A DNA stretch of 64,000 bases from an uncultured Verrucomicrobiae bacterium (GTDB taxonomy: Bacteria > Verrucomicrobiota > Verrucomicrobiia > Chthoniobacterales > Chthoniobacteraceae). The notes under the pieces are model-generated. The model was not told the origin of the DNA and ran no database searches. It saw only the letters and a list, made by a program, of their open reading frames with translations. This document shows, in pieces, positions 9,581-18,544 of the stretch (its first letter is position 1; every line of letters starts with the position of its first letter). The stretch is from the NCBI GenBank assembly GCA_963828525.1, contig CAWHEP010000010.1:288001-352000 (forward strand), in the 5' to 3' direction. The position numbers and the translations under genes were made by a program.

Positions 9581-10543
9581 ATGAGAAGCCCGATTGCTTT
9601 CCTCACCGCCCTTTTACTGCTGACAGCAGCGTTCGGCGACGAACTTCATTCGACCGACCGGTCCCGAGCGGTCTCCAAGCAAAGCGGATTTACCATGAAA
9701 GGATGGTTTGTCTGGTGCGGTTCCGTAATCAAGGTTGGCAACGAATATGACATGTTCGCGTCCCGCTGGCCGGAGGAGACAAAGTTCCCGGAGGGCTATC
9801 GCGCGCATTCGGAGATTGTCCGCGCGGTCGCGTCTCGGCCGGAGGGTCCCTATGTTTTTAAAGACGTGATCATTGGAAGGCGCGCGGCAGGGAAGTGGGA
9901 CAGTGCCATGGCGCATAACCCTGCGATCTACAAAACGGGCGATACGTTCGTTCTCTACTATATAGGTTCTGATGTTGGCTCGCGCTACCGCCAGATTGGC
10001 ATTGCCACAGCAAAGGCAATCAGCGGTCCGTGGACTCGGTCCGACAAGCCCCTCAACCTTGGCATTTCTTCCGACGCGAACAATCCGGCCGCGTGTTTTG
10101 AAGCAGATGGCAGCGTGAAGCTCATTTGGCGCACGGCCAACTTGCGCGTTTGTATCTCCACCGCGCCCTCATTCGCGGGACCTTACACGCTGGCGAACAG
10201 CAACGTTTGGCCCGGCGCCAAGCTCGAAGATTTTTCCTATTTCAAAACGGCAAGCGGATATCACGTCATTTGCGAGGACAACGCCAGCCAGGTCACGGGC
10301 CATGATCGTTGGGGCGCGCATCTGTTTTCCCCCGATGGATTGAACGGGTGGAAGCCATGGCGCGCGCCGATCGCGTACGACCACAGCATCCATTGGATCG
10401 AGGGCGGAGATCTTGTTGCGACTCGCCGCGAACGTCCCTGGGTTTTAATCGAGGATGGCAAGCCCACCTATCTGTTCACCGCGGTGTTTGACGGTCAGCG
10501 GGCGTGGAACCAACCGGTTCCCCTTGTTCCACCATTGGAGTGA
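9581..10543 (+). CDS. Secreted glycoside hydrolase, five-bladed beta-propeller type (GH43/GH117-like)
   Basis: Signal peptide (MRSPIAFLTALLLLTAAFG); VWCGSVI, YDMFASRW, AHNPAI, NNPA, LEDF and RRERPW motifs. Confidence 0.7.
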   Translation: MRSPIAFLTALLLLTAAFGDELHSTDRSRAVSKQSGFTMKGWFVWCGSVIKVGNEYDMFASRWPEETKFPEGYRAHSEIVRAVASRPEGPYVFKDVIIGRRAAGKWDSAMAHNPAIYKTGDTFVLYYIGSDVGSRYRQIGIATAKAISGPWTRSDKPLNLGISSDANNPAACFEADGSVKLIWRTANLRVCISTAPSFAGPYTLANSNVWPGAKLEDFSYFKTASGYHVICEDNASQVTGHDRWGAHLFSPDGLNGWKPWRAPIAYDHSIHWIEGGDLVATRRERPWVLIEDGKPTYLFTAVFDGQRAWNQPVPLVPPLE

Positions 10544-10569
10544 ATCCGGTCCGGGGTCGCCGAGGGAAC

Positions 10570-11343
10570 TCAGGACGCGGTTAGGGCTTCCTTGAGCAGA
10601 TAGTAGATGAAGAGGCTGTTGTATAGCAGGTAGCGCTTCCAGAGACGGCGTGGCTCGGTGGCGAGTCTGAAGGACCATTCAAGGCCGGCGCTTTGCATCC
10701 AAAGCGGGGCCTGGCGGACGCGGCCCGCGTGGAAAGCGAAGGCGGCTCCGACAGCGCAGTAGACGGCGGGGGGCAGGCGCGTCTTAAGCCGGGCGAGCCA
10801 GAGTTCCTGTTTGGGGCAGCCGAGGCCTACCCACACGTACCGCGCGCCTGAGGCCTGTATGCGATCCAATATGCGCTGGTCTTCGGTAGCGTCCCAGTTG
10901 CCGAAAGGCGGAGAATAAGATCCGGCGACGGACATATTTGGGAAGGAGGTTGCCAGCCTGGCCAGCAGGGCTGCAAGGAGTTCTTCGGAGCCGCCAAGGA
11001 AGTAGTGCGAGAAGGCGCCTGGCGTCTGGGCGAGGCACCTCAGCATGAATGTAGGGCCGTAAACGCGATCTTTAAGGGGTGTCTTGGAATGTCTGTTGAT
11101 GTACCAGACGAGAGGCATGCCGTCGGGCAGGAGGAGATCGAATGCCGAGATCGCATTTTTGAAGGATGGTTCAGAACGGGCGAGGCTGATCAGGTGTGTG
11201 TTTGCGGCGGCAATCGCGTAGGGACGGTCGCCCAGCGCGGCCCAATGCGCTGCTGTGGATATGGCCTCGTCGTAGGTTGTAACCGCTACGTTGGAACCAA
11301 GGATCGGGCAGACTGGCAGAGACACTTGTGGGTGCGTATTCAA
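10570..11343 (-). CDS. WecB/TagA/CpsF-family glycosyltransferase (full-length; start uncertain)
   Basis: LPDGMPLVW, RVYGPTF, VGLGCPKQE, VGAAF, APLWMQSAGLEW, EPRRLWKRY. Confidence 0.9.
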   Translation of the reverse strand: MNTHPQVSLPVCPILGSNVAVTTYDEAISTAAHWAALGDRPYAIAAANTHLISLARSEPSFKNAISAFDLLLPDGMPLVWYINRHSKTPLKDRVYGPTFMLRCLAQTPGAFSHYFLGGSEELLAALLARLATSFPNMSVAGSYSPPFGNWDATEDQRILDRIQASGARYVWVGLGCPKQELWLARLKTRLPPAVYCAVGAAFAFHAGRVRQAPLWMQSAGLEWSFRLATEPRRLWKRYLLYNSLFIYYLLKEALTAS

Positions 11344-11387
11344 GGGAAGATGGCCAATGACGCTCCGGTTGTGACCAACCGATTCTG

Positions 11388-11789
11388 TCAGGTGAGGTCG
11401 AAGGCCGCTGATTCTTTGAGGCGCAGAGGCTTGCCCTCGGGCATCTGGATGAGAGCGAGCATCTGGCGGGACTCGGCGATAAGAACGCCATCGGCAGGGC
11501 GGGTGATCTTGAAAGCGCACCAGAACCTTGAGCGCTCGACTTTGTCGAGATGCCCCGACACAAGGAGCTTGTCACCAAGGCGGGCCGGGCGGCGGTAGTC
11601 AATCTCGGTGCGAACAACGACCGGGTAACGCTGAGAGCTGGCCATGTCGGCAAGGCGCATGCCCATCTGCTCGGCGAGGAGGGTGCGAGCGATCTCGATG
11701 AAACGGAGGTAGGCAATGTTGTGGACGACGCCACCGCAATCGGTGTCGAAAAACATCACCTGGACTTCAGTATCGATCTTATGCTCCAT
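11388..11789 (-). CDS. YbgC/FadM-family acyl-CoA thioesterase (hotdog fold)
   Basis: VMFFDTDCGGVVHNIAYLRFIEIAR and IDYRRPARLGD; likely ATG at 11789. Confidence 0.85.
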   Translation of the reverse strand: MEHKIDTEVQVMFFDTDCGGVVHNIAYLRFIEIARTLLAEQMGMRLADMASSQRYPVVVRTEIDYRRPARLGDKLLVSGHLDKVERSRFWCAFKITRPADGVLIAESRQMLALIQMPEGKPLRLKESAAFDLT

Positions 11790-11797
11790 CGGGTCGG

Positions 11798-12577
11798 CTA
11801 TTTCAGGGAGTCGAACACCTGCCGAACCTGCGCCGGAGAGAGGTGGATGATGTCGGCGGATTGTTCCGGGGAGGGCTGCCAGGAGGATGGCGGCAGCGCG
11901 GGAGGAAAATCGAGTTTTTGGAACGCGAGAGTCACCCGCCATGCGCCGCTGACGACCTGAAGCCGGGCTGGTTTGTAATCCGGCTTCACCCACACGCGGG
12001 CTGTGAGAGCAGAGAGCTTCCACGCGGAAGCGAGTTGAGGCATCAAGCTTATATCGAGAACGCGGCAGGCTTCGCCGCCCGCGTTTCCCGTCCCGGCGTC
12101 CTGAACGTCGAAAAGGGCGGGGAGGAAGACGAGCTGCTTCTCCGGGATGGGCAAAGCGAAGCTGTCGAATGACGAGACGGAGCTGGCAGACCCGTTTGCC
12201 GGGCCGAGGATCGCGCGGATATCGGAACCAGGGGAGGCCCAGAGATCCTGGCCGGAACGGCAGACCGTTACGCGACGCCCTAAGACGGTACCGGTGAGGT
12301 AGAGTTTGTCAGGCGCCTGAAGGGCGAGGTGGAGAGGCACGCCCGAGGTGGCTCCGCCCGGCAGACCTGAAGCTTCAACCACTAGAACATCGGCGACCAA
12401 TGCGCGGGCGGGTTCGTGAGGGCGAGCCACAAGGACTCTTTCGAAAGGGGTGAGCAACTTTGAGAGCACATCGTAGCGATTTTCAGCGGCAGAAGCTGGG
12501 TAGCAAATGAGCGCCAGCGACACCCAACTGGCGCAGAGTCGCAGAGGCGCGGAGAGACGAGGAGGTATTGTCAGCAC
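11798..12577 (-). CDS. Hypothetical exported protein, possibly LolA-like/DUF2092-like fold
   Basis: Signal-like N-terminus (...YPASA-AEN), beta-rich body and LQAPDKL. The fold guess is weak. Confidence 0.5.
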   Translation of the reverse strand: MLTIPPRLSAPLRLCASWVSLALICYPASAAENRYDVLSKLLTPFERVLVARPHEPARALVADVLVVEASGLPGGATSGVPLHLALQAPDKLYLTGTVLGRRVTVCRSGQDLWASPGSDIRAILGPANGSASSVSSFDSFALPIPEKQLVFLPALFDVQDAGTGNAGGEACRVLDISLMPQLASAWKLSALTARVWVKPDYKPARLQVVSGAWRVTLAFQKLDFPPALPPSSWQPSPEQSADIIHLSPAQVRQVFDSLK

Positions 12578-12690
12578 GGATGACCCGGATCGCAGGGGCG
12601 AGAGCCGAACGCGGGATTGCGTTTGGGAAGGATGCTACTATTACTAAGAGGCTTCACGTTACGTGGCTGTAACGAAACACCAATATCCGC

Positions 12691-13458
12691 ATGGCGTCAC
12701 TGAGTTTTCCCATAGTCCTTGCCGCTGGCGGAGGTCTGGTATTCGCGTTTGAGGAGTCCACTGTCGCCGGGAAAATGGTGTTAATGGCATTGTTCATCGC
12801 TTCTGTATTTAGCTGGTCAGTAATGTACACAAAGATACGCGTGATCCAGACGGCGAAACGGCAGGCGAGGGATTTCCTCGAGCGGTTCCGGACGGACCGG
12901 CAACCTTTACGGCTGTATGAGAGCATGCTGGCATTTCCGGGGACGCCGATGTTCACGGTGTATCGAGCGGGATGCCGTGAGCTGACGTTCCATCTGCTAG
13001 GGTCTTCCGAGGTGGACGAGACGTTCCGGGCGCGCCTGGAAGACGCTCCAAAGATAGCCCCCGCGCAAATGCGGGCGGTCACCTCCGCGATGGAGCGGGC
13101 GGTGGGCGAGAGCGCGCTGAAACTGGAATCGCAGATGATCCTGCTGGCCACAGCGGTGAGCGGAGCTCCGTTCCTGGGGTTGCTCGGCACGGTGTGGGGA
13201 GTGATGGACACATTTGGAGAGGTGGCGAGCGCGGGAACGGCGAGCCTGGCGGTAATGGCTCCGGGCGTGTCGGCGTCTCTCATCACAACGGTAACGGGGT
13301 TGCTCGTCGCGATTCCCGCCATGTTTGGATACAACTTTCTGGTGACGAGCATTCGGGCCATCATCCTGGAGATGGATAACTTCGCGGCGGAAGTGGCGTC
13401 GGAGTTCGAGCACCGCTATGTGGACCATGGCGCGCGGCCTTCGCTCACCCGGCGGTGA
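12691..13458 (+). CDS. tolQ: TolQ (MotA/TolQ/ExbB proton channel)
   Basis: APFLGLLGTVWGVM, APGVSASLITT, GLLVAIPA; first gene of the tol-pal cluster. Confidence 0.88.
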   Translation: MASLSFPIVLAAGGGLVFAFEESTVAGKMVLMALFIASVFSWSVMYTKIRVIQTAKRQARDFLERFRTDRQPLRLYESMLAFPGTPMFTVYRAGCRELTFHLLGSSEVDETFRARLEDAPKIAPAQMRAVTSAMERAVGESALKLESQMILLATAVSGAPFLGLLGTVWGVMDTFGEVASAGTASLAVMAPGVSASLITTVTGLLVAIPAMFGYNFLVTSIRAIILEMDNFAAEVASEFEHRYVDHGARPSLTRR

Positions 13459-13462
13459 GAGC

Positions 13463-13876
13463 ATGAAACGCTATTCACAGAGACACGCGTTTTCGACGTT
13501 GTCCGAGATCAACATCACGCCTCTGCTCGACCTGGCATTCGTGCTGCTGATCATATTCATCATCACAACGCCATTGATGGATAAGAGCACGGACCTGATC
13601 ATCCCCAGCAGCAACGGGGCGAAGAACGCGGTGGATCCTTCGGCGGTGCAAACGGTGTCGTTAAACCGGATGGCGGAGATCAAGCTGAATGGGGACGCGG
13701 TAAGCATGGAGCAACTGGAGGCGAGGCTCGGGTCGCTGGAGGCGGCAAATCATCAGATCGCTGTTGTGATCCGGTCCCACAAGGAGCTTGCGGTGCAAAA
13801 ACTTGTGGATGTGATGGACGCGCTGAGGCGGGCGAGGATCACGCGGGTGGGAGTGGTAACCAACCCTGGGGAGTGA
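13463..13876 (+). CDS. tolR: TolR (ExbD/TolR)
   Basis: SEINITPLLDLAFVLLIIFIIT; follows tolQ. Confidence 0.88.
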   Translation: MKRYSQRHAFSTLSEINITPLLDLAFVLLIIFIITTPLMDKSTDLIIPSSNGAKNAVDPSAVQTVSLNRMAEIKLNGDAVSMEQLEARLGSLEAANHQIAVVIRSHKELAVQKLVDVMDALRRARITRVGVVTNPGE

Positions 13877-13897
13877 GCGGAAGGCCGCCGGCTTGCC

Positions 13898-14175
13898 CTA
13901 GGAGACTGTTGAAGAACTGCGACATGCCGCGCAAGAGCAATTTTGGGCGTATGCCAAGGCGCGAGTGGCGCGCGTACCCGCTGCGGTCTGCAAGAAGCGA
14001 GCAACGCTGCAAGACGCCCCAAATTGCTCTCGCGCTTCGGGTTGCGCCGCTTTTTGAATTGTGCGGCGTTGCTCGTCACTCACAGATCACAGCGGATATG
14101 CTCGCTCCTCGCGCCTTGCCCAACTCAAAAATCGGCAGCAACGCGACATGCCCCAGTTCTTCAACAGTCTCCTAG
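13898..14175. mobile_element. Putative MITE (non-autonomous IS derivative) with CTAG ends
   Basis: CTAGGAGACTGTTGAAGAACTG (13898-13919) is the exact reverse complement of CAGTTCTTCAACAGTCTCCTAG (14154-14175). No credible ORF inside; fills the tolR-tolA gap. Confidence 0.8.
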
Positions 14176-14178
14176 CGA

Positions 14179-15084
14179 ATGGATCGAACCTTCCGGCGCA
14201 ATGTCATTCTTGTAGGGATGGCGCATGTGGCAGCGATCGCGGCGATCTATTTTTGGCAGCGATGGAATCCGCAGTCGTTAAAGGAAGAAATAACCTGGCT
14301 CGATGGCGAAGCCGCCCCGGAAAGCGGGGGGCAGAAGACGCCGGAGGAGCCGACGGACGAAGTAACGCCGACGCCGATGCCGACGCCAGAAGCTGGGGCT
14401 CGAGACTCGCCGGCGCCTAGCGAAATCGTGTTGCCCGGGGCTCGGATGTCCCCCACGGAAACGCCGGCGCCGAGTCCCACTCCGACCGCGACCCCAAGAC
14501 AGACACCCACGCCCAAACCCAAGCCGAGTCCGAAGCCGACTCCCAAAGCAACACCGAAGCCAAAACCCAAAGCGACGCCGAAGCCGCATGCATCACCGAA
14601 ACCGAAGAAGGTGACGCCCAAGGCATCTCCGCGCCCCTCGGCGGCGAGCAGCGACGATGAAGACGGGGGGGATAGCGAGAGCGCGTCCACGCCCTCAAAA
14701 ACAACGGGCAAGAAAGTGAAGGGCGCGAACGGAGCGGGGACTGGAAGCGCAAAGACGCCGGGGGGACATGCCGGCGGGGGTAAATCGAATTCGGAATATG
14801 GGTGGTACTACGCGATGATTCATGATCGGTTCTACAGTAGATGGGAGCAGCCGACATCCATTGTGACATCGAACCAGAATTTCGTGTCGCTGGTGCGGAT
14901 TCGCATCGAAAAAGACGGGCGGATCTCCAATGTAGCCCTCGCCAAATCGTCAGGGAACGTGGTAATGGATGAATCCGTGATGGCTGCCGCGAAGCAGGTC
15001 ACGCAGATCGATCCGCTGCCCGAGGGATTGGGAGAAGGATCGTACGAGATCAACATCAACTTCGAATTGAATCAGAGCCAATGA
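14179..15084 (+). CDS. tolA: TolA/TonB-like energy transducer
   Basis: N-terminal TM helix with His (GMAHVAAI), a long PT/PK-rich linker and a TonB-C-like domain (IRIEKDGRI...SSGN..MDESV); lies between tolR and tolB. Confidence 0.8.
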   Translation: MDRTFRRNVILVGMAHVAAIAAIYFWQRWNPQSLKEEITWLDGEAAPESGGQKTPEEPTDEVTPTPMPTPEAGARDSPAPSEIVLPGARMSPTETPAPSPTPTATPRQTPTPKPKPSPKPTPKATPKPKPKATPKPHASPKPKKVTPKASPRPSAASSDDEDGGDSESASTPSKTTGKKVKGANGAGTGSAKTPGGHAGGGKSNSEYGWYYAMIHDRFYSRWEQPTSIVTSNQNFVSLVRIRIEKDGRISNVALAKSSGNVVMDESVMAAAKQVTQIDPLPEGLGEGSYEININFELNQSQ

Positions 15085-16262
15085 AAACCGCGCTTCTTCC
15101 CCGGATACGTCGAGCATCCCTTTTAGCCACCCTGGCGGCGACCGCGCTCTCATCGATAAAGGCTGCGGAGCCGCCGACGATCACCGTATCCAAGAGTGAT
15201 ACAATCGCGCTGGCGGTGCAGCCGCTTGGGGGTGGAGAGGGAGCGGCGGCGACCCGCATCCTCCAAAATGATCTGGCGCTGAGCGGATACTTTTCGCTGA
15301 CGCAAGCGAATAGCGCGGCATTCATCGCGAGTGGCGCGCTCTCAGGAGGCGCGCTGGATGGGAAGGTGACGGATCATTCGGGGAAAACAGCGGTGGCGAA
15401 GTCTTATGAGGGATCAGGAAGGGCGCGGGTGCATGCGTTCGCCGATGACATCATCGAGACATTGACTGGCAACCGCGGTTTCGCAGGCGGGAAGATCGCG
15501 TTCGTGGGAACGGCGTCCGGGCGGAAGGAGATATTTTTGGCGGACTCGGATGGCTCGGGGCGTCAGCAACTCACGCACGACAACGGCATCAGCGTCGGCC
15601 CCAGGATCAGCCCGGACGGGCGGGAGCTGGTTTATACCGGGTATCAGAGCGGATACGCGGATGTGTACAAGATCGATCTGGGCAGCGGATCGAGGCAGCG
15701 GATATTGAAGTACCCTGGGACGAACACCGGAGCTGTGTTCTCACCGGACGGACGCCGGCTTGCGGTGACGCTTAGCAAGGATGGGACGACAGAGATCTAC
15801 GTGACGGGCGCGGATGGAGGCGGAGCGCACCGGTTGACGCATTCTCCGGGGGTGAAGTCGTGTCCCACGTGGTCGCCTGATGGGGACGAGATCATCTACT
15901 CAGCGCAGGAAGGCGGGTCGCCGCATCTGTTCCGCATATCGTCTTCTGGTGGGTCTGGACGGGAGGTGCCCGCCGGGCATGCGTATTGCACGGAGCCGAA
16001 CTGGTCGCCGGACGGGAAGAAAGTGGCATTCAATGTGAGGGAAGGCGGAGTGTTCCAAGTGGCAGTGCTGGACTTGGGGAGCGGGTCGTCGAGGATTGTG
16101 ACATCCGGGGGCGACGCGGAAGGGCCGTCCTGGGGAGCGGATTCCCGGCACCTGGTGTTCGCGCAAGGCGGCGCTGTCTGCATGGAAGATACACAGACAG
16201 GGAAGAAGACCAGACTGGTGGAAGGATTGGGAAGAATATCGGAGCCTTCGTGGTCTCGGTAG
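15081..16262 (+). CDS. tolB: TolB periplasmic beta-propeller protein
   Basis: Signal peptide, VHAFADDII, and repeated PD40 motifs (SPDG). Confidence 0.9.
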   Translation: MKTALLPRIRRASLLATLAATALSSIKAAEPPTITVSKSDTIALAVQPLGGGEGAAATRILQNDLALSGYFSLTQANSAAFIASGALSGGALDGKVTDHSGKTAVAKSYEGSGRARVHAFADDIIETLTGNRGFAGGKIAFVGTASGRKEIFLADSDGSGRQQLTHDNGISVGPRISPDGRELVYTGYQSGYADVYKIDLGSGSRQRILKYPGTNTGAVFSPDGRRLAVTLSKDGTTEIYVTGADGGGAHRLTHSPGVKSCPTWSPDGDEIIYSAQEGGSPHLFRISSSGGSGREVPAGHAYCTEPNWSPDGKKVAFNVREGGVFQVAVLDLGSGSSRIVTSGGDAEGPSWGADSRHLVFAQGGAVCMEDTQTGKKTRLVEGLGRISEPSWSR

Positions 16263-16322
16263 GAATGGTGAAAATCCCGCGCGGGTAGAAATGCATTGAT
16301 GGGAAGGGCGGAAAGTTGAATC

Positions 16323-16838
16323 ATGAAGACCAATATGAACGCGCGAATGTACTCTGCTGGACTGGCCCTTGTGATTGCTTTTTCGATGGGGGCGTGCGCG
16401 GACAAGAAGGGTAAGAGCTATGTGGGAACGGATCGGGATTCGATCAATGGCACGGCGTTGCCAGATCGACAGGATGGGGTTTCCTTCATGAGCAGCAACG
16501 TGGACAAGAACAAGTTTCCGCCCGTGCATTTCGCGTTCGACAGCTTTGCGGTGGATGGATCGGCGGAAGGGGAACTGGGAGAGATCGCGGAGTTCATGAA
16601 GGGCGGATCGAACACGATCATCATCGCGGGGTTTACGGATGAACGCGGGACACCGGAATACAACCGGGGGCTTGGGGAGCGGCGGGCATTGGCGGTGCGG
16701 GAGTACCTGATCTCGCATGGAGCCGATGGCGGAAAGCTGCAGACGGTAAGTTTCGGGGCGGAAATGCCAGCTGACACCGGCTCTGGAGAGTCGGCTTGGG
16801 CGAAGAATCGCCGCGCGGAGTTTGGTGTAGTCCGGTAG
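16323..16838 (+). CDS. pal: Peptidoglycan-associated lipoprotein Pal (OmpA family)
   Basis: Lipobox MGAC; GFTDERGTPEYNRGLGERRA and WAKNRRAEF. Confidence 0.92.
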   Translation: MKTNMNARMYSAGLALVIAFSMGACADKKGKSYVGTDRDSINGTALPDRQDGVSFMSSNVDKNKFPPVHFAFDSFAVDGSAEGELGEIAEFMKGGSNTIIIAGFTDERGTPEYNRGLGERRALAVREYLISHGADGGKLQTVSFGAEMPADTGSGESAWAKNRRAEFGVVR

Positions 16839-16841
16839 GGA

Positions 16842-17861
16842 TTACGCGCAGGATTTTAAAGCGGGGGTTGGAGGGTCCGGCCAGACGGGCGAATCGTGGT
16901 CGAGGAAGGATTCGCAGATATTGAAGAATCCGGATTTCGATGTCGCGCGGCGGATGGCGTGGAGGAACCGACCCTCGGGATCCAGATCGAAGAAGGTCAT
17001 GAATTTCTTCATGTGTTGCACTTGCGCGTTCTCGGAAAGGGTTGGAAGGGAGACTGCCTCGTAGAGAATCCGGACGTAATGGAGGAGATCGCGACCGGAC
17101 GGGTTGGGGCCAGGGGTATTGCCGCTATGGGCACGGATTTGATCGAACAGCCATGGATTGCGTATGGCGCCGCGTCCGATCATGAGCCCGGCGGCCTTTG
17201 TTTCATTGAGCACGTCTGCTGCTTTCCGGGCGGATTGGATGTCGCCGTTTGCGAGAACCGGGCAGGGAAGAAGAGCGGCGGCGCGGGCGATTAAATCATA
17301 GTAAACCGGCCGTCTATACATCTGGGAGACTGTCCTGCCGTGGACTGTGAGAAGATCAATAGAGTGGCGCGAGAAGATGGCGAGTAGATTGTCGAAAGAG
17401 GCGGTGTCATCGAAGCCGAGGCGCGTCTTCACGGTGAAGGGGATTGAAATGGCCTGGCGCAAAGCCCCGAGAATAGCATCGACGCGAGCGGGTTCACGCA
17501 GGAGGCCGCCGCCCGCGCATTTGCGATACACGACCGGGGCGGGACAGCCGAGATTGAGATCGATGGCGATAACGGGATGCTTTTGCAGCTCAAGGGCTGT
17601 CCGGACGAGGGCAGGAATGTCGTTCCCGATCATCTGCGCGATGACCGGCCGGCCGGTTGGATTTTCGACGATGGATCGCAGGATCGGCTTGTCGAGCCGT
17701 GAGTCGCCGTGGACGCGGAAGTACTCGGTATAATAAAGATCAGCTCCACCGTAAGCGGAGATAACCCGCCAGAAATGGAGATCGGTGACATCCTGCATCG
17801 GCGCGAGAGCGAGGATGGGCTTCCCGGAGGTAATGAAGTCGTTGAAGGCGGAGCGTTCCAA
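16842..17861 (-). CDS. tRNA-dihydrouridine synthase family protein
   Basis: LAPMQDVTD, IDLNLGCP, TVKTRLG, VHGRT, ANGDI, MIGRGA. Confidence 0.92.
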   Translation of the reverse strand: MERSAFNDFITSGKPILALAPMQDVTDLHFWRVISAYGGADLYYTEYFRVHGDSRLDKPILRSIVENPTGRPVIAQMIGNDIPALVRTALELQKHPVIAIDLNLGCPAPVVYRKCAGGGLLREPARVDAILGALRQAISIPFTVKTRLGFDDTASFDNLLAIFSRHSIDLLTVHGRTVSQMYRRPVYYDLIARAAALLPCPVLANGDIQSARKAADVLNETKAAGLMIGRGAIRNPWLFDQIRAHSGNTPGPNPSGRDLLHYVRILYEAVSLPTLSENAQVQHMKKFMTFFDLDPEGRFLHAIRRATSKSGFFNICESFLDHDSPVWPDPPTPALKSCA

Positions 17862-17981
17862 GGTGACGCGAAAGGTTAGCCGCTCATGATGGCATGTTCA
17901 TGCTGATTTTGATGAGGCAGAGGGCTTATGGTCACAGGAAATCTCGTTTGAAGAGGCAGCGGAGAAGGCTTAACTGAAGGG

Positions 17982-18449
17982 GTGCGCAAACGCATTCTCT
18001 CCCCATTAACAGAGGCGCCTGCTCTCGCGGAGAGTGGCTGGCTGAATCTTGAAGAGATCGCGCGTGTTGAAGTTACCTCCGAGGCGGCGGCTTTCCCGAT
18101 CGAGGCCGCATTGATACAGACGGCGAGCGGCGGGTGGCGGGCGGAGAGCGCGGGTGAGCAGGTAATCCGCCTGTGTTTCGATGAACCGCAAAAGCTGAGG
18201 AAGCTGCGCGTGGTGTTCATCGAAGAAAAGGAGGAACGGACGCAGGAATTCGTGATTTGCTGGTCCACGGGAGCGTCAAGAGGGGAGATCGTACGGCAGC
18301 AATACAATTTCAGCCCGGGAGGTTCGACGCGTGAGATCGAGGAATACGAAATGAATCTCGACGGCGTGGTGGAGTTGGAACTCATGATCAACCCTGACGC
18401 GCGGGGGCGGGCGGCGCACGCTACGCTGGCGGAACTTCGGGTGGGTTAA
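17982..18449 (+). CDS. Conserved hypothetical protein (galactose-binding-like fold, often labelled carbohydrate-binding protein)
   Basis: WLNLEEIARVEVTSE, GWRAESAGEQVIRL and RQQYNFSPGG, recognised as a conserved small family. Confidence 0.6.
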   Translation: MRKRILSPLTEAPALAESGWLNLEEIARVEVTSEAAAFPIEAALIQTASGGWRAESAGEQVIRLCFDEPQKLRKLRVVFIEEKEERTQEFVICWSTGASRGEIVRQQYNFSPGGSTREIEEYEMNLDGVVELELMINPDARGRAAHATLAELRVG

Positions 18450-18544
18450 AGGGCAAGCGCGGCGCGCGTGACGGGAACAGCCGTCACCGGAATGTAACAA
18501 TAGTTGGGTTGAATGCGGGGAGTGTCGCGCGGCATCATTAGTGT

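Noticed and set aside
13873..14215. Short ORFs between tolR and tolA
   Set aside because: They lie within the inverted-repeat element and show no transposase or other protein motifs.
14440..14640. Repetitive CCGAAG/CCCAAA tract as a possible CRISPR or VNTR
   Set aside because: It encodes the PT/PK linker of TolA; there are no fixed repeats with unique spacers.
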